From NCBI GenBank assembly GCA_050230475.1, contig JBFLGF010000042.1, positions 1 to 64,000 of the forward strand: a DNA stretch of 64,000 bases. The letters are read 5' to 3'. The notes under the pieces are model-generated. The model was not told where the DNA came from, made no database searches, and saw only the letters and a list, made by a program, of their open reading frames with translations. A program made the position numbers and the translations under genes. This stretch comes from Ancylonema sp. (taxonomy: Eukaryota). Positions 13,597 to 27,265 of the stretch are shown one piece after another (the first letter of the stretch is position 1; every line of letters starts with the position of its first letter).

Positions 13597-14824
13597 ATAA
13601 TGTGAAGATCTTATCCGTCCAAATTAATTATTCCTTAAATATTATCTTAACGATAAAATTTTGTTAAATTACTTATATCATTTTCCTTTTTCGACTTCTA
13701 CATTAGTCGGAATGAGGTGAATGAGGTGAAGGACATTTCTAATGAACAAGGATATTTCTAATGAAGTTTCCCTCCTTCCCCTTGTGTACATAGTACCTTC
13801 CCCTTGGTATTAACATACCATTTATGTTCATTCATTTCCTCATTTTCCGTTACCCATATACTTCGACACAAATAGTTCTACTTCCATGCTCCTGATGTAT
13901 CCGCTTCTATGCTCGCAATGAGATTTCAGCAAATAAATATGTACCACGTCCTAGAATGGCGCAATCAAGGAAATTGTGGCATAGAAATGCCGCATTACCT
14001 TTTTACTAAATCGACATTTGAATATACGTGAACAATATATTATCACGATATTTGTAATTATACTGACCATAATTGACGGGCTGCCGTAATATTTGTCATA
14101 TATGACCTCACCGTAATATTTGTGGTTGTGATATCATTTTTTTCGCGGAAGATAGGAAACCATAAAAATCAACCGGTTCCATCTCGAAATCGGTTCCAAA
14201 ATGAAAAAAACGGATGTGCAACGATTCGTGCAATCATGCATTACTCGCCTTTTGAGGCTTTTATTTATTCTTCGTTATATTAGTTTTAGACGGGGTTCCC
14301 ATTGCGCTTCTTATTTCGGACCTCAAACAAAAACAAGAACAAGAAATACAAGAAAAAACTACCGCGCCCGGTCCGGAATTCGGGCCTTAAAGGTAAGACG
14401 AAGGTCCGAGATCAACACCGTCTGACCCCGGATGTAACATTCTTGGAGGTTACACACGGGTATTATTATCGCCACATTTTTTGCATGTGGAAGTGCATGA
14501 TGTTGTGATATAATCTGCATTTATAACGATTATAGCTATGCAAGTTGCGAAGCGAGTCAAAGTTGGCCCCGGAATCGTCCGAAGATCTCCGAACACGTCC
14601 CGGACATGTCCGAGCCCGGACACGTTTGGGACACGTCCCGGACTCGGACACCCGTGCTCGAAAAATTGCCCTGAAATCAATTGACTTTAACGCGTAGCCA
14701 AGAAATACAGAGCACGAGGTGGAGTCGAGAGGTGGCAATTGTTTGGTATACAATAGTGGCCATACATGATGACCCGGGTTATATATTTTAAAAAAAAAAC
14801 AATTGCTTTTTTGTGGTGACCCAC

Positions 14825-16154
14825 TGTCATGACGCTAGGGATCGCTAAGGCTGAAACCCCTCTAGGTTGTTCAGATACCCCTCTAGATTAATACTCCTCT
14901 ATAACGAGAGTATTCGATATAACGATTTCTAGAATTAGTACTTTACAATAAAAATAGTGAAGTACGAAATTTGTACGACTCGAAAATAAAGCGTGACGTA
15001 TTTTCCGAAGTCTAGAATCCAGCAGTTGTAACAAATAGTTGCGTATCGATTTTTGTTAAATCGCAAGTCACTTTCGACTTGTCGATAATCCCGACGATAA
15101 AATCCAGCCGTAGAACTAGAGTAATATATCGCGCCGTTTCATCGTAGCGCTGAGATTAAATTGAAAAGTTATAGAAGCCAGCCTGTCGTAATCTTTGGTA
15201 GACTAACTCTAGTTAACTATGCCGTTTAGCGCAGCGCAACAACTTTTGTAATAAAGTCAATTTGTACTTTCAGATCTGCCAGCTTCCGCTGTCAAATTGC
15301 GCTGTTAAGAAATTCCCTCCAAACAATCTTTTGTGTTATCTGAATCCTTGCAATTATGTGAATATTTTCGCTTACGCAACTTCGCAACGTGCTCATCTTT
15401 CGTCTCTGTCTAACATCCGTCAGCCAGACGGTAAGTTATGCAAATCATTCTTTGCAATTTGTGTGTGTATTTGTGATTCATATGAATCTGTTGCTGACGT
15501 TCTTTCTAAGCCAGCCTTGTAATCGAGTGTAATATCTTGCATCGATTCGCTGACGCTCTCTTTGAGCCAGCAAGCGTGTGTGTGTGAAAAATATGTCGAA
15601 CCGGCACACACAAACCGGACCGGCACTTTCATTTGTGTGTGTGTGTTTGATGTTGTTGGCTCCGAGCAAGCATCTGTTGATTACACCTGTCTGCTAACGC
15701 TCTTTCTGAGTCAGCATCTTTTATCGACGCACCGTCGACACTTTACTTTCGCACCGAAAGTAACTTTTACGGCTGTTCACCTTGATAGTTTGCACCAGAC
15801 TATCTTGTTTGCATTATATCGTTTTCTACGACATTTATATTGTAAACCATCTGTTAGCTTGCCCTCAGCGTTAAGTAGTGAATTTCACCAGATCGCTGAG
15901 ACGTGTGATAGATATAATATTGCTATCTCAGCAGAGACTCAATCTGCAATACTACTTAGTGAGAGCAGCCGGACCACCAAGTCCACCAGAGACCCTTCAA
16001 CCACCTCAGACCATCATCGATACCAACGCAGTCAACATCATCGCTACACCACCACGGGCATTACCACATGCATCATTCTGAGAAACATCTGAGAAACATC
16101 ATGGCAAAGTATAGAGTACATCATTCCGGGTGGCCGACTCCAAACCGCACGTCA
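14825..16154 (+). mobile_element. Second, more diverged solo-LTR-like element of the same group
   Basis: TGTCATG...GCACGTCA ends, 4-bp TSD CCAC, and short internal blocks shared with 12549-13596 (gacttgtc..; aataaa..actttca..tc..agctt.cgctg). Confidence 0.7.
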
Positions 16155-16949
16155 CCACCAACTTGACCGGGGAAAAGTATATTTATTATTCCGTAACCCA
16201 AAATGACGACCCGGGTAAATAATATTTATTATATATATTGTGACCCGGAAAGCAAAATGACGCACCCTAAAACAACGCGTAATTTTTACCGCACCATTTG
16301 CGTACTTATTATGGGACTGTAAACGCTTATACCCTCGGATGAAAGAAGAGGATGAGTTGCCAGCTCTATATGGCGGCCTTGCACAGTGCAATAGACTGTC
16401 ACAACGGAGTAGTGAAGAGGTGGTAGTGATGGAGTATGAGTAGTGAGTAGTACGGGATTGTGTGGAGGTATTTGCTTAGTTACACGCATGCTTTCGGTTA
16501 TTCGGGTTTGCCATACTTTTCGGGATTTTGAAAGGTGTATCACGGTTTAAAACATCCGGAAAACTCTTTGTTTTTTTAAATCATGTTTGCTTGTGCATTG
16601 TGAAGAATTATAAGAAAAATGTGCACTTCAACAATTCCCCGACGTATTCATTTCCCCCCCAAAATTTTCGAGAAGCAACCAAATGACGATCGATTAGGTC
16701 GCTACCGGACCACGATTGAATCTTGGGCGACGGGACCCAACCACCTGTACTTTGTATTCTAAAACCGATTAGAATCGATTTTATGATGCTGAACCATTAC
16801 GCCGGATCTCAGAATTTATGGCGTGACACAACCACATTTTTTAAAAAAAAAATTTATCGACCCGACCCGCCCTTTCAATGCTTATTTGCGGGTCATTTTG
16901 TATGGCCAGTACGGTACGTGGCAAATCTTCGAGTCTCGAAGGCCTCATC

Positions 16950-17870
16950 CATAGTTGCACAAACTCCGAACCGTTTCCGAACCGGATCTTAGATGGAACC
17001 GGTTACGACACAAGTGGCCGCGGTTTGTAGCCGGAGGATTTGGGATTATTTCAAGTATAAGTACGGGAAAATTTGAAGAATAGTTTTTTTTTGTGTGTAG
17101 CTCGCCATGCTCTATTCAAAAAAATATCAAACAAATGATTTTTATTGCACAAAAACCCAAAACGTTTTTCCGCATGAGTACACCCTCATGATTTTTGGTG
17201 CATTTGTCTCTTTTGCTCGCTTCTCTGCAAACTGTATTTCTATTTACGTACATGTAGTAAAATGAAATGGGGTTTTTTTTTTTTGATCATCCTATGCTCA
17301 TCTCCGTTCCATATATATTTTCCCATTCTCATTTCCGTGTTATACTTCCATGTGAAAATGTTGCGAGAAGATGTTTTCACTCGCAATGTAATGGCACTTG
17401 ACATATGCTTTAACCTTCCATGTGTTTTCTGTTTAAAATCGTGATCTAACAATTTTTTTGTAATTATTATCTATCCTCTACCTTCCACATCCCTTGCTTC
17501 TCCAAATCCGGATGTGTGTGCGAAAGTGGAAGGTCCGGTGCTGTTTTCGGCCAATTAAATTGCACCACGTCCTGCCATGGCGAGAAAAAAAAAGCATCTT
17601 AAAACTTCCACGCCATATTTTCCCGATGAAACATTCAACAATTTTAGCGTCTCAAAGTGACGTGGAGTATCCGACATGAACATGAACAACATGTCACCAA
17701 CATGTCAATGTTGAACATGTTTTTCCCACGTGCATTTTTGGGGAGGGGAAAATTTGTTCTACCGCGGGAAGCAGGAAAACCCTAAAGATCACAATGTTCG
17801 TCCGGTTCCGAAACGATTCCATCTCGGAACCGGTTCCAAAAAAAAAAAACAGCCGGTTCGTGCAACTATG
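16950..17870 (+). mobile_element. hAT-type MITE, intact
   Basis: TIR CATAGTTGCAC / GTGCAACTATG with perfect 8-bp TSD GCCTCATC. Confidence 0.9.
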
Positions 17871-18501
17871 GCCTCATCGTCTTTTGAAAACAAAATTCAT
17901 ACTAAAATGAGTACGTGGCCTTATACTCAAAGGAATTGTTGTGTCACTAAAACATGATGCACAAGGAATATTTTGTCGAATGTATTGTGCAAAATATTAT
18001 TGATTATTCTACATCATAGATTATCTTCAAGATGGAATTTGTAAGCATTATATGAATTTTAGTGCATAGTGTTCCAAACGCTTTAATCTATCTACAATTG
18101 CAATCAAACACATAGAATCAACAATGAAATGCGGAAGATGGTTATGTACGACAATCCATATTCTCTAGCTATGCAATCTTTTAAAATTGTTGTTGTTTTT
18201 TTTTTCGGGAAGTAGGCATCCGAGAAATATCCCAGGGGTACTCGTGTAACATAGGTGAAGTACAAATGTACAAATACTATTAGTGTGCAATAAAAAACGA
18301 AGAAAGGTGACGAATTTGATGTGTCGGTATTCATGGTTCAGTGTAGTATCATCAAGAAAAATATGCACGAACATGCATGATTTTGAAGTCCTTTGGTAAA
18401 TACAACCAATCTCTACATGTTTTTATATCATACATTCAATAAGATTGATTTCATATTCGTAGTGTAAATGTCACGTGAACTTGCCTCTTTTGTCACTTTT
18501 T

Positions 18502-18532
<31 letters not shown>

Positions 18533-19566
18533 GTTTTGTTAACCCCGGACATGTCCGAGATTCTCCAGATATGCCCCGTACAAGTGGTGTCCAGGAAGAA
18601 TGCAGGACACGGCCCGGACAAGCTCGTCCGAGACCCAAGTATATGACCGAGAAGTATATGGTACTAGTATACGCCATGATCTTTAACCAATTTTTTGGAA
18701 GTCACCCTCATGTAAATTGTATCTCACCAAGGTGCATTTTGAATGTATCTTGTCAGATGGCTTGTTTTCAAGGCGGGTAAAGTTAAGAAGGTCGATCCTA
18801 TCGGATCCGGTTGGCTAATCCGAATTGGTGTTGGATGGGCATTGATTCCCGAATCGGACTTGGTACAACCAGTATTCCAGATGTGAGGACCAATGCCTGG
18901 TCCGTTGTAGGGTGGAGCGCCAGCCCCAAGACCAGTCCACCAGCCTACTAGCATGCGATAAGCAGCCCTTATATTTACACGCCGAAGCACTGGCCATCGA
19001 ACCGCCAATCCAAAGGGCGTGCAATCCATAGCTCTACGCTGCACGAGCCTGGAGCTAAGACCGGTCTGTGGGCTCTGGCCCCGAGTCCAGATGGCCCAGT
19101 GCTGAGCCTGCAGCCCGTCTCTGGGCTGTGCCCTCGTGAGCTGCAAGCTCAGACTGGGCTGGGACACGGCCATTATTGGCAGACGAGTTCACCTAGATTA
19201 TGGCTAATTATTCTTCGTCGACCTCGCCACATCAATGATCGTTCGCACTTATAGATATGCAAGATAATCACCCACTTCAGGTAGTCTCGAATAGGCGGTG
19301 AGAGCCTCACAAGGAGCTAATTCCACGCCATCAAGCAATCCCTTGTATGTGCAAAGAAACACGGTCAGACACATAATCATTGGCCCCTTATGAACCCCAC
19401 ACTCTAGTGTGTATCCTTATCCACAATTCTCAAAGGCGTTAGAATACACCACCCAATATCCATATTCCTTATTCCTTATTGTTTTTATATCCACAATTCT
19501 CAGGGATATATCCCCTAAATTCTCTAACGGCCACATCTATCCCCCACCGATTTGCCAAACTCAAAT

Positions 19567-22500
19567 TCACTTCTTCAGAAACAGATCCCTAAAGGCAGCG
19601 TTTGACCCTAACGGTTTATCGCCACCCTTCCCCCCCCCATCCTCTGCCCCGCCTCCCTCAGCAGCCTTCACCACTTTTGCCACATTGCGAGGCACGGCAA
19701 AAGTATTCAGCTGCAAATGCCCCCCCCGCCTTGCAGCCCCTCCGGCTTGCGCAGCCGCCCCCCCCCGCCCTCCCCCCCCCCTGCCTCCCCTCCCCCTTCC
19801 CCTGCCCTCCTCATTCCTGACCGGCCACTGACCTGCAGCCAACCAGACACAGGACCGGTGTCAGCCTCTCGCAGCACACATTTTCCGACCACACAGAGCA
19901 CGGCCACGTCCTCACCTCCCCCCCCACCTCTTTCTCCACCTCCCCCTCCCCCTCCCCCTCCACCCGCCCCCCCCCGCTGCCCTCCTTTGGCGGGTGGGTT
20001 GGATCTCTTCACACTCATGGAGGTGCCCCGTATCCGCGTCTTATTAAACTCCAGTGCCTTGTTCAGAGAGGCATCCTCTGTGAACTCGAGGTAAGCGACC
20101 CCTTTGAACCGTTTGGTCCCCCGGTCCACCACCATGCGCAAATCTTTCACGGGGCCACAACCGGAGAACAGCTCACGAACCTCCTCCTCTCTCACCTGAA
20201 ACAAGGGGGGAAACACGACCACTCAGAGGGAAGGGTATAACCTCTCAGTAAGTGTTTCTCATACCATCATATAAGGTTGTGTTCTTCAGTACAGAGATGA
20301 ATATGCGGGTTATTGAGGTATAGATCACGTGCATACGCCCCCACGGCTTTGCGGCCTTACATTGAGCGGCAGATTGGATAGAAACGCGGTGCACTGGTCG
20401 CTGTACACAACGGGGGGTGGTGCAGAGGCAGAGGCAGGGGTAGAGACAGGCGCAGAAGGTTTCCCTGCCTCTCCCCCCATGTCCACATCTGCACTTCCTC
20501 CTGAAGGGGGTGCCTCTGTGGCAGGGAGGGGGGTAGGCTTGGGTCTCTTTGGGGCTTTGGGTTCGGTGTATCCGAGGCCCCTCTTCCGCTTCGCCTCTTT
20601 GCCTGCTGGGGCGTTCCTGGTGACGGGTGCAGGCGCTCTCATGCTGCCAGGTGGCGGCTTCTGTCTGGCTGCTTGACTCGCTTGACTGGCCTCCAAACGC
20701 GACACCTCTTCCAATCGAGGAGTGACCTGAATTGCAATTCCAATCCCAACACCGATTGAATGCGAAAAAAAACAGACTCAGCCTCTTCTCTGAACTCCCA
20801 GGACACAGGACTGCAAGTGTGACTACTTTGGCATATTTTTTCGCTGCCCTCCGGATTGTTATTTGCTTTTGGCCTCTTTGCTCTTTTTCTCTTTTCCCCC
20901 CTTGATTACCTTTGCCAGCGCCCAGTCGTAGTCCTCCAGCGACCCCTTCTGCCGCTCGAAGTGTAGCCAGGCAGCACACAGGACCTGCAGCCCCACAAAC
21001 ACAAACAGCATGGGAAACAAAACAAGGTCAGCGGTCAATCGTTATGGCTACTTATTCTACACCTATTTCTGCGAACAGGTACCAGGTATGTGCCTCCGTT
21101 TCCGTGGTTCAAACGAGAGCCACCTCAGAGACTCAACAAGAAAGAAGAAGACGACAACGACTGAGAGGTGGGAGGAGACTGACCTGCGTCCCATTCCCTG
21201 CGAACCTCTTTGCAAAACATCGCTTGTACAGGCCCCGAGCCTCCTTCCTATTTCCCAGCTGCACCTCCAACCCAATGTACCCCATCCAGCTCTCAAACGC
21301 AGGAGCCCTGCAGACACCACCCCGCCGATCAGGGTCTACTTGTGCACATCCACACCATTTGCACAAAATCCAAAATAAATAATTAAAACGGAAAAAAGAA
21401 AGAGCGTAGGTGCAGAGCATTTCTCACCCGCTCTTCAGCACCCCCTCCCAGACTGCTCTAGCCGCCTCCACATTATTCCCCAACGTTGCTTCCAGGTGAG
21501 CCCAGTAGGTTGGCAGGCTCAGGGATGGGTCCACAAAGGCTGGGAACAACGAACTCATGCTGTCCACACCAGTCTGCTCCCCAACCCCCACCCAGCCCCC
21601 AACAGGATTCAGTGGTCCCACAGGAAAGCTGAGTGCTGCTCTCCCAGACTTGTTCAGTCATGTCGTCCCCCACCCCCTAACCCTACCTTGAATGTGCCGC
21701 TCAGTGTTTGAACCACTTTGCTCCTCCCCTCCCCAGCCGCCGTTGGTTGAATACGCCTCCTCAGACCATCAGCGCGGGTAAGGAGGAGATCCAGATACTG
21801 CACCAACCCCGCCCCCGCCCCGCCCCCGCCCCTCTCCCTTCACTCTCATGCCCACACAGGACTGTTTTTACAGTCAGTAGCAGGTAGAAGGTGGTGGGTG
21901 CTGACCTCTTCTGGGTTCTGCAACCCTCCTTGCAGGGCTTCCTGGAAGACCTGAGGAACAGAAGAACAGACAGCATGGAAGAAACGGGGCCCCACCACTC
22001 TCCATACTCGTTTCCATTGAAGATCACAGCCTGGGACCAGGTTCGTCCTCACCTTTTCCGCCTCCTCCTCTGACGCGTTCATTCGTTCCAACGCAAGGAG
22101 TCGTGCGCACCATAACGCCCCCACCCACGGGCAGTTCCTCACTGCACGCGCATGCACCCCTTGGACGACCACGGGCACCTGGCACAGCAAAGAGAATTCC
22201 CCCCCTAATTTAATTACTGTGAACAGCAGCCATGAACTTCTTTTGAGCCCAGCTGCGTGAAGCTTCCAGGAAAGTGGGGAGTGCGGGAGTCCGTGTCCGA
22301 GTTCATCTGCGCGTCACCTTGAGCTCTGTATCGCAGTATTGCGCATATGCCGCCCATCCTCGATGTTGAATGGCGCACGCTGACACGCAGCGCTCGTACA
22401 CGTTATGGACACGGATTATCTCGCCCTTGGAATGCTCCAATTTGGCGTAGGCCTGCAGGTGGAGGGACACACATCCGAAAATTATTCCCCACCACATATC

Positions 22501-24395
22501 ATGTATCATGTATCATGTTTCATGTATAATTTATCATGTATCGTGTATCATGTATCATGTAGCTTGTAGCATAAATACTGGATACTGGATATTGAATAAT
22601 GGTTAATGGATATCAGCATTCTTCTTGCACCTCCCTGCCCCTTCAGAGCAGCTACCTTCAGGCATGATGCAACGACCCTAAAATCCCTGTGACCACGTCA
22701 AAGGGGTTGACTCCTAATAACAGTTCACAACTCTGAGCTCGTTTGATGACCCCATCCTGCCAGCGACACCATGGCAGTTTACCAGGAAGTTGGTCAGTAG
22801 CTCCTCTGTGTCACATTTGTCGGGATCCACTTTGTCCTCCCAAGCCTGCCTCTCTACGACCGCAGCCTCCGCCTTTTTATAAGCGGCGAGAAGCGTCGGT
22901 GACATTTCCTGCTCGCAGCCCGCGGTTGCATTCGCCTCTGCCTTCTCCCACGCCGTGTACTCCTCCAGCGTGTCCTCGTGGTTTGAGTGCGGGGTGCTGA
23001 GCTGGCGGACGAACAGTTTGCGTAACCTGGAAGACTGGGCGGCTCGGGCCTGTCGGTTTGTCGGAGAAGGGAGGAATGGCATTGGTGTGAGAACGAGCAG
23101 ATGTGACATGACGTCAAAAAGAGAAAAATCGAAAAGGATTCCCCACCATGGATCACATTTTTCTCCGTCGAGTGGCTTTTCTTCGCGAGTTCAGTGATTT
23201 TTATGAAATGTTTAATGGACATTGCTCACTCAAGAATGCCCTTCCTTTCAGCTGAACGAATGTCAGATTCAGAGAAAAGTAATCGAAGGTTACAAGGATC
23301 CAGGAAGAGCGAATTGTTCAGTTTGGGGGCGGAATATGTCGAGCATCACTCAACCAGAGGCTTTCAGGGCTCTCCAGACTCACTTCACCATCCGAAGTGT
23401 CGGTGGTCTCCAGCACCGCTTGCTCCAGTTCCCTGTAAGCCGTCCACAGCGCGTGCCCTTCCTTGAGATGCAGCCCTCCAGCGGAAAGCGCTCGTTCGTA
23501 TAAAGCTCGGATCTTCTCCAGGCCTTGAGCTGACATTTCCGCCACATCCGGGTCTCGCTCTTCCACAAATTTCGCGTACTCAAGCCAGAGAGGCACAGAC
23601 TGCAGCGTAGAAAAAACGCGTGAGAGGATAGGCCAGAGTAGCATACGCAGATTTCAGCTTCGCTTTCCGAAAAGCACGTGGCGTTTGAAGAGTGAACGGA
23701 ATGACGGAATGACATGAATAGCGTAGGCGAGGAGATCTGGGTCAGGATTTGGTTACCAGATAGTCGGCCACTCCCCGCTCGTAAAGAGCCGTCACTGCAG
23801 CCACCTCTGGGCTCCCACTCTCACTGCACAGTCAGAATCAGCGTAGCAGTTTTGACGGCATTAGTGAAGAACAAGTTACTGCCGTTCATCAAATTAGTCA
23901 GTGGCAGAGTTGTTAGGGGGTCAGCTATAACAATCCAACAACATCGGCAGACATCTATCATATGTATATGAATGTTTTCCCAAGTATCCTCTCAGAATCC
24001 TTGACTTCGTGGCCACAGCTTCCTGTCATTTACAGGAACAACAGAAAGGAATCAACAGTATTACTCGTTCAGCAAGCGGGCTTCGTCCTTGGTCCACTCC
24101 AGCCACAGAGTTGGTGAGAGGGGAAAGAGGGCGGCCATAGCCTCTCTGGCATTGCGCATCTTGTCGAGCTGCCCTCGACTTCGCAGTGCGGCCACATACT
24201 GTGCAGCCCAAACCCTAGAGAAACAGTCAATTCAAACAAATGTCACGACTCTCATAACCAAGTAAACATTCAGAAAAACACACAAGTTGTAGGCCAGCCT
24301 GGACGTGTGAAGCCTAATGAATTGTGCTGGTACCAGGAAACAGTTCTGCGACTTTTGCAACAGAAACAAGAAAATACATTATCTATTCACAACAA

Positions 24396-24436
<41 letters not shown>

Positions 24437-24616
24437 ACGGCTAACCTGCAAATGCAATTGATAGGAGTGAGGTGACGCCAGCAGCTGCTCCTCGAGCTGT
24501 GTTACGAGCTTCTCATCCTCCTCTTCAAATTCAGAGTCCTCCGAATCCTCCTCTGAATGTTCGTCATCTTCAAGCTGTCTATCGTCAGCTACATCAGGTG
24601 CATCGTCCACATCCAT
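19567..24616 (-). CDS. SART3: SART3/Prp24 U4/U6 snRNP recycling factor (HAT repeats + RRM + C-terminal LSm-binding motif), multi-exon
   Basis: Acidic N-terminus; HAT repeats (FPLSPTLWLEW, LYERGVADYLSVPLWLEY, RAVRNCPWVGALW); RRM (FKGVAYLEF); terminal SNAAFRDLFLKK* motif. Confidence 0.9.
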
Positions 24617-25171
24617 TCTAAAGAAATATGCTTCACGCAGCACTTCAAATCTCGTGCTATTGGCGGAAAGCTCAAAAAATCCGAAGGCACCCAATTAATG
24701 TTGAATTCTTCGCTGCTGTTTCTTTATGCAGCTCCAGCGGTGAAAGGCGCAAGCTAACATTGAAATGGTTCGTAAAGCTGAAGAACGGGAGACATCTTGT
24801 TGAAATACGCGTTGGGGTTTGTTTCCACCATCCACAAATAGAAATAACGGTATCGGAACATCGATTCAGGTGTTTGACCTTATTCGCTGACATCAAAGTT
24901 GCCAGTGTGATGAAACACGCTGATTGGTTCAAAAAGTGAGTTGCAAGTTGTCTGGGCAGGGCCGGCGTTACAAAACGGCCAGTCTGGACGGCACCCGCTG
25001 AATGTACCATGGCTGCTATCGAATTGCTTGTAATTGCAAATCACGGGGCATGCGTGAGGGAGGCTAAAAATCCGTCGCGAGCTCATGATTCTCAATCTTG
25101 CAGAGACACTGCCGAGACACTTCGCTGACAAGGGTAAGATTCGTCCTAGGTGCTTGCCCTGAATCCCGGTC
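24617..25171. promoter_or_regulatory. Probable bidirectional promoter between SART3 and NUP35
   Basis: Only 555 bp separate the two divergent ATGs. No motif was validated. Confidence 0.5.
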
Positions 25172-27265
25172 ATGTCGGGCTCCGTTCTCTTCCCGAATTC
25201 TTCTGCATCTCCCTCAGCAGATAAGCAGTCTTTCTTCGGATCTAGACCGTCTGATGCTCCTGCCTCATCCCCGTTATTCGGATCTCCATCTCAGCAGAAG
25301 AAATACGACACTTGGGGATATTCCGGACAGCCTTTTTCAACTCCGTACCCAACGTCTTTCAGGGATCCAGGCGCCACTGCCGCAGGTGCGTTCGCCGGTC
25401 GTACTGTCATCCTGCCTCCAGATACGTCGTTTCTTGTTCCGCAAGCTAGCATGTTGTGCATGGAGCTGAGTCTAGTCGTACTTAAAATGTTCAAAGGAGT
25501 ACACTGCAACGTTCCGAAGCTTATTCTGGTTAAAACCAGCTCCCACCTATAGTAACTATATAATCGCGTAGCCATTTCATAACGTAGCAGCCACATTCTA
25601 ATTCCTTCTGTCCAGCATCCCCATGTCTATAATGAAGAACCCGCTGAAATACATGTCCGTACTCACTCCGACCTTCCACCCCCCCACATTCGTTTTCCAA
25701 TATTACTCCACCAGGTGATCCAGGCTCCTTCACCCCTACCTTCGGTCCCCCAGGTCCCCCATCCTCCACCTCCCACTCCCTCTTTTTCCGCGATCTCAAT
25801 GCCACCCACACCCCCTCCGGCGCCAGAATCCCTTCCCCCCTAGGAGTCAACCCCACAGCCGCCGCAGCAGCAGCCCTGTGGCGCGACAGCAGTGATGGTC
25901 CCGTCGAGCCCCCCCCCCCTCCCTGTTTCACTCTGGAAGACCAGATCGACAGAACCCAATCCCCCGAAGCTTTCACTCCACTCCAGCCCTCCCACTCCTA
26001 CCTCCCAACCCCAGCCCCCACCTCCTCCTACTACCCCGCCCCGCGTTCCGCCCCCTACTCCATAGGGCAGGAATACGGCGCACGGATGGCCTGCGCCGAC
26101 GCCTCCCCAACCGGATTGCTCTCCCCCTCCAGCCCTCTCCAGGGGAGCCCCGCCGCCGGTGGCCCACCCGGCGCCACCCCCTGGCAATCCCTCCGCCCAG
26201 CCTGGAGCCCGAATGGGGGCAGCATGCTCGGCAGTGGGGGGCGGAATGTGTCTGTGGCGACCCCATCCGGCGCCTCCCCTGGAGGGGGGAGGGCGATGGC
26301 GGATGAGGCCACCCTGCTCACTCTGCCGCCCGCTGATGAGGTCGTGAGGCCGCCACGGAGCGCGAGAAAGGGGGGGAATGCGGAGGAGGAGTGTTGGGTA
26401 ACTCTATATGGGTACATGCTCTCATCACTTTTGGGTAGTGCTGACCGGCGAGTAGGGCAGTGACACGTGTACATACATGTATGCTGACTGTCATCTTGGT
26501 CTACTGTACTTGGATGCTTGAATGGGTATGCGTATGGGCGTGTGCCTCGTCAGTTGTTGACACAGGTTGAAGGTCGGTTGCGTGTTTTTGTGCCTCAGAT
26601 TTTCCGCCGACGACACCAATGTAGTGCTGCGCGAGTTTGAAAAGTGTGGGAGGATTTTGGGGCACCACTTTGGACCGGGGGGAGCGACTTGGATGCACGT
26701 GCAATATGCGGTGAGGGGAGGGCTTCGGCATCATGATGGCCTCATCCCTTCTGGGGGCACTTCTGCTCTTAGTGATGAAGATCTCAATGTTTTCGTTTTA
26801 TTTTTTTTTTTTTTTTTGGTGGAAAGATTGTACTCAATCCCTTCTCGGAACCCCTTCTCGAAACCTTCGGTACCTTCAAAGATGAAAACCCTGAAGGCTT
26901 TATTTTCCTTCATAGTGCATTCGATCCATCCTCCATAAAAGTCTTGCCCTCTGTGCGCACCTCCCTCCCAGAGTCCGTACGAAGCTCAACGAGCCCTAGC
27001 AAAGAACGGTCTTCAGGTATCCGGTCACCTCATGGTAGGTGTGAAGAGATTGGACGAGGAGCAGTTGGGGGCTTTGTCGTCCAATGGGAGAGAAGGCACG
27101 GGGGGGAGGAACAAATCTGTGGGAGGGAATGCGACAACTCCGGTTCCCTCCGCCGCGGCTAGCCGCCCATATTATTTGGATGCGCGGGATGGGGGGCAAG
27201 GGGGGGTGGCGCAACCAAAGCAGAGTAGAGCCTCGCAATTCTTTGGCTGGTTGCTTGGGTCGTGA
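25172..27265 (+). CDS. NUP35: Nucleoporin NUP35/Nup53 (MPPN RRM domain)
   Basis: Exons ~25172-25385, 25715-26411, 26600-26710, 26971-27265. Plant NUP35 motifs SLFFRDL, AAALWRD..PPPPPCFTLED, WVTLYGFSADDTNVVLREFEKCG, WMHVQY, EAQRALAKNG, and a C-terminal amphipathic FFGWLLGS. Confidence 0.9.

Larger units (their letters stand above)
11298..14238 (+). mobile_element. hAT-type MITE (CATAGTTGCAC family) carrying two nested insertions
   Basis: Both ends are similar to the intact copy at 16950-17870 (catagttgcac...ccggatcttagatggaa; ccatctcg..cggttccaaaa...ttcgtgcaatcatg). TSD not conserved. Confidence 0.7.
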
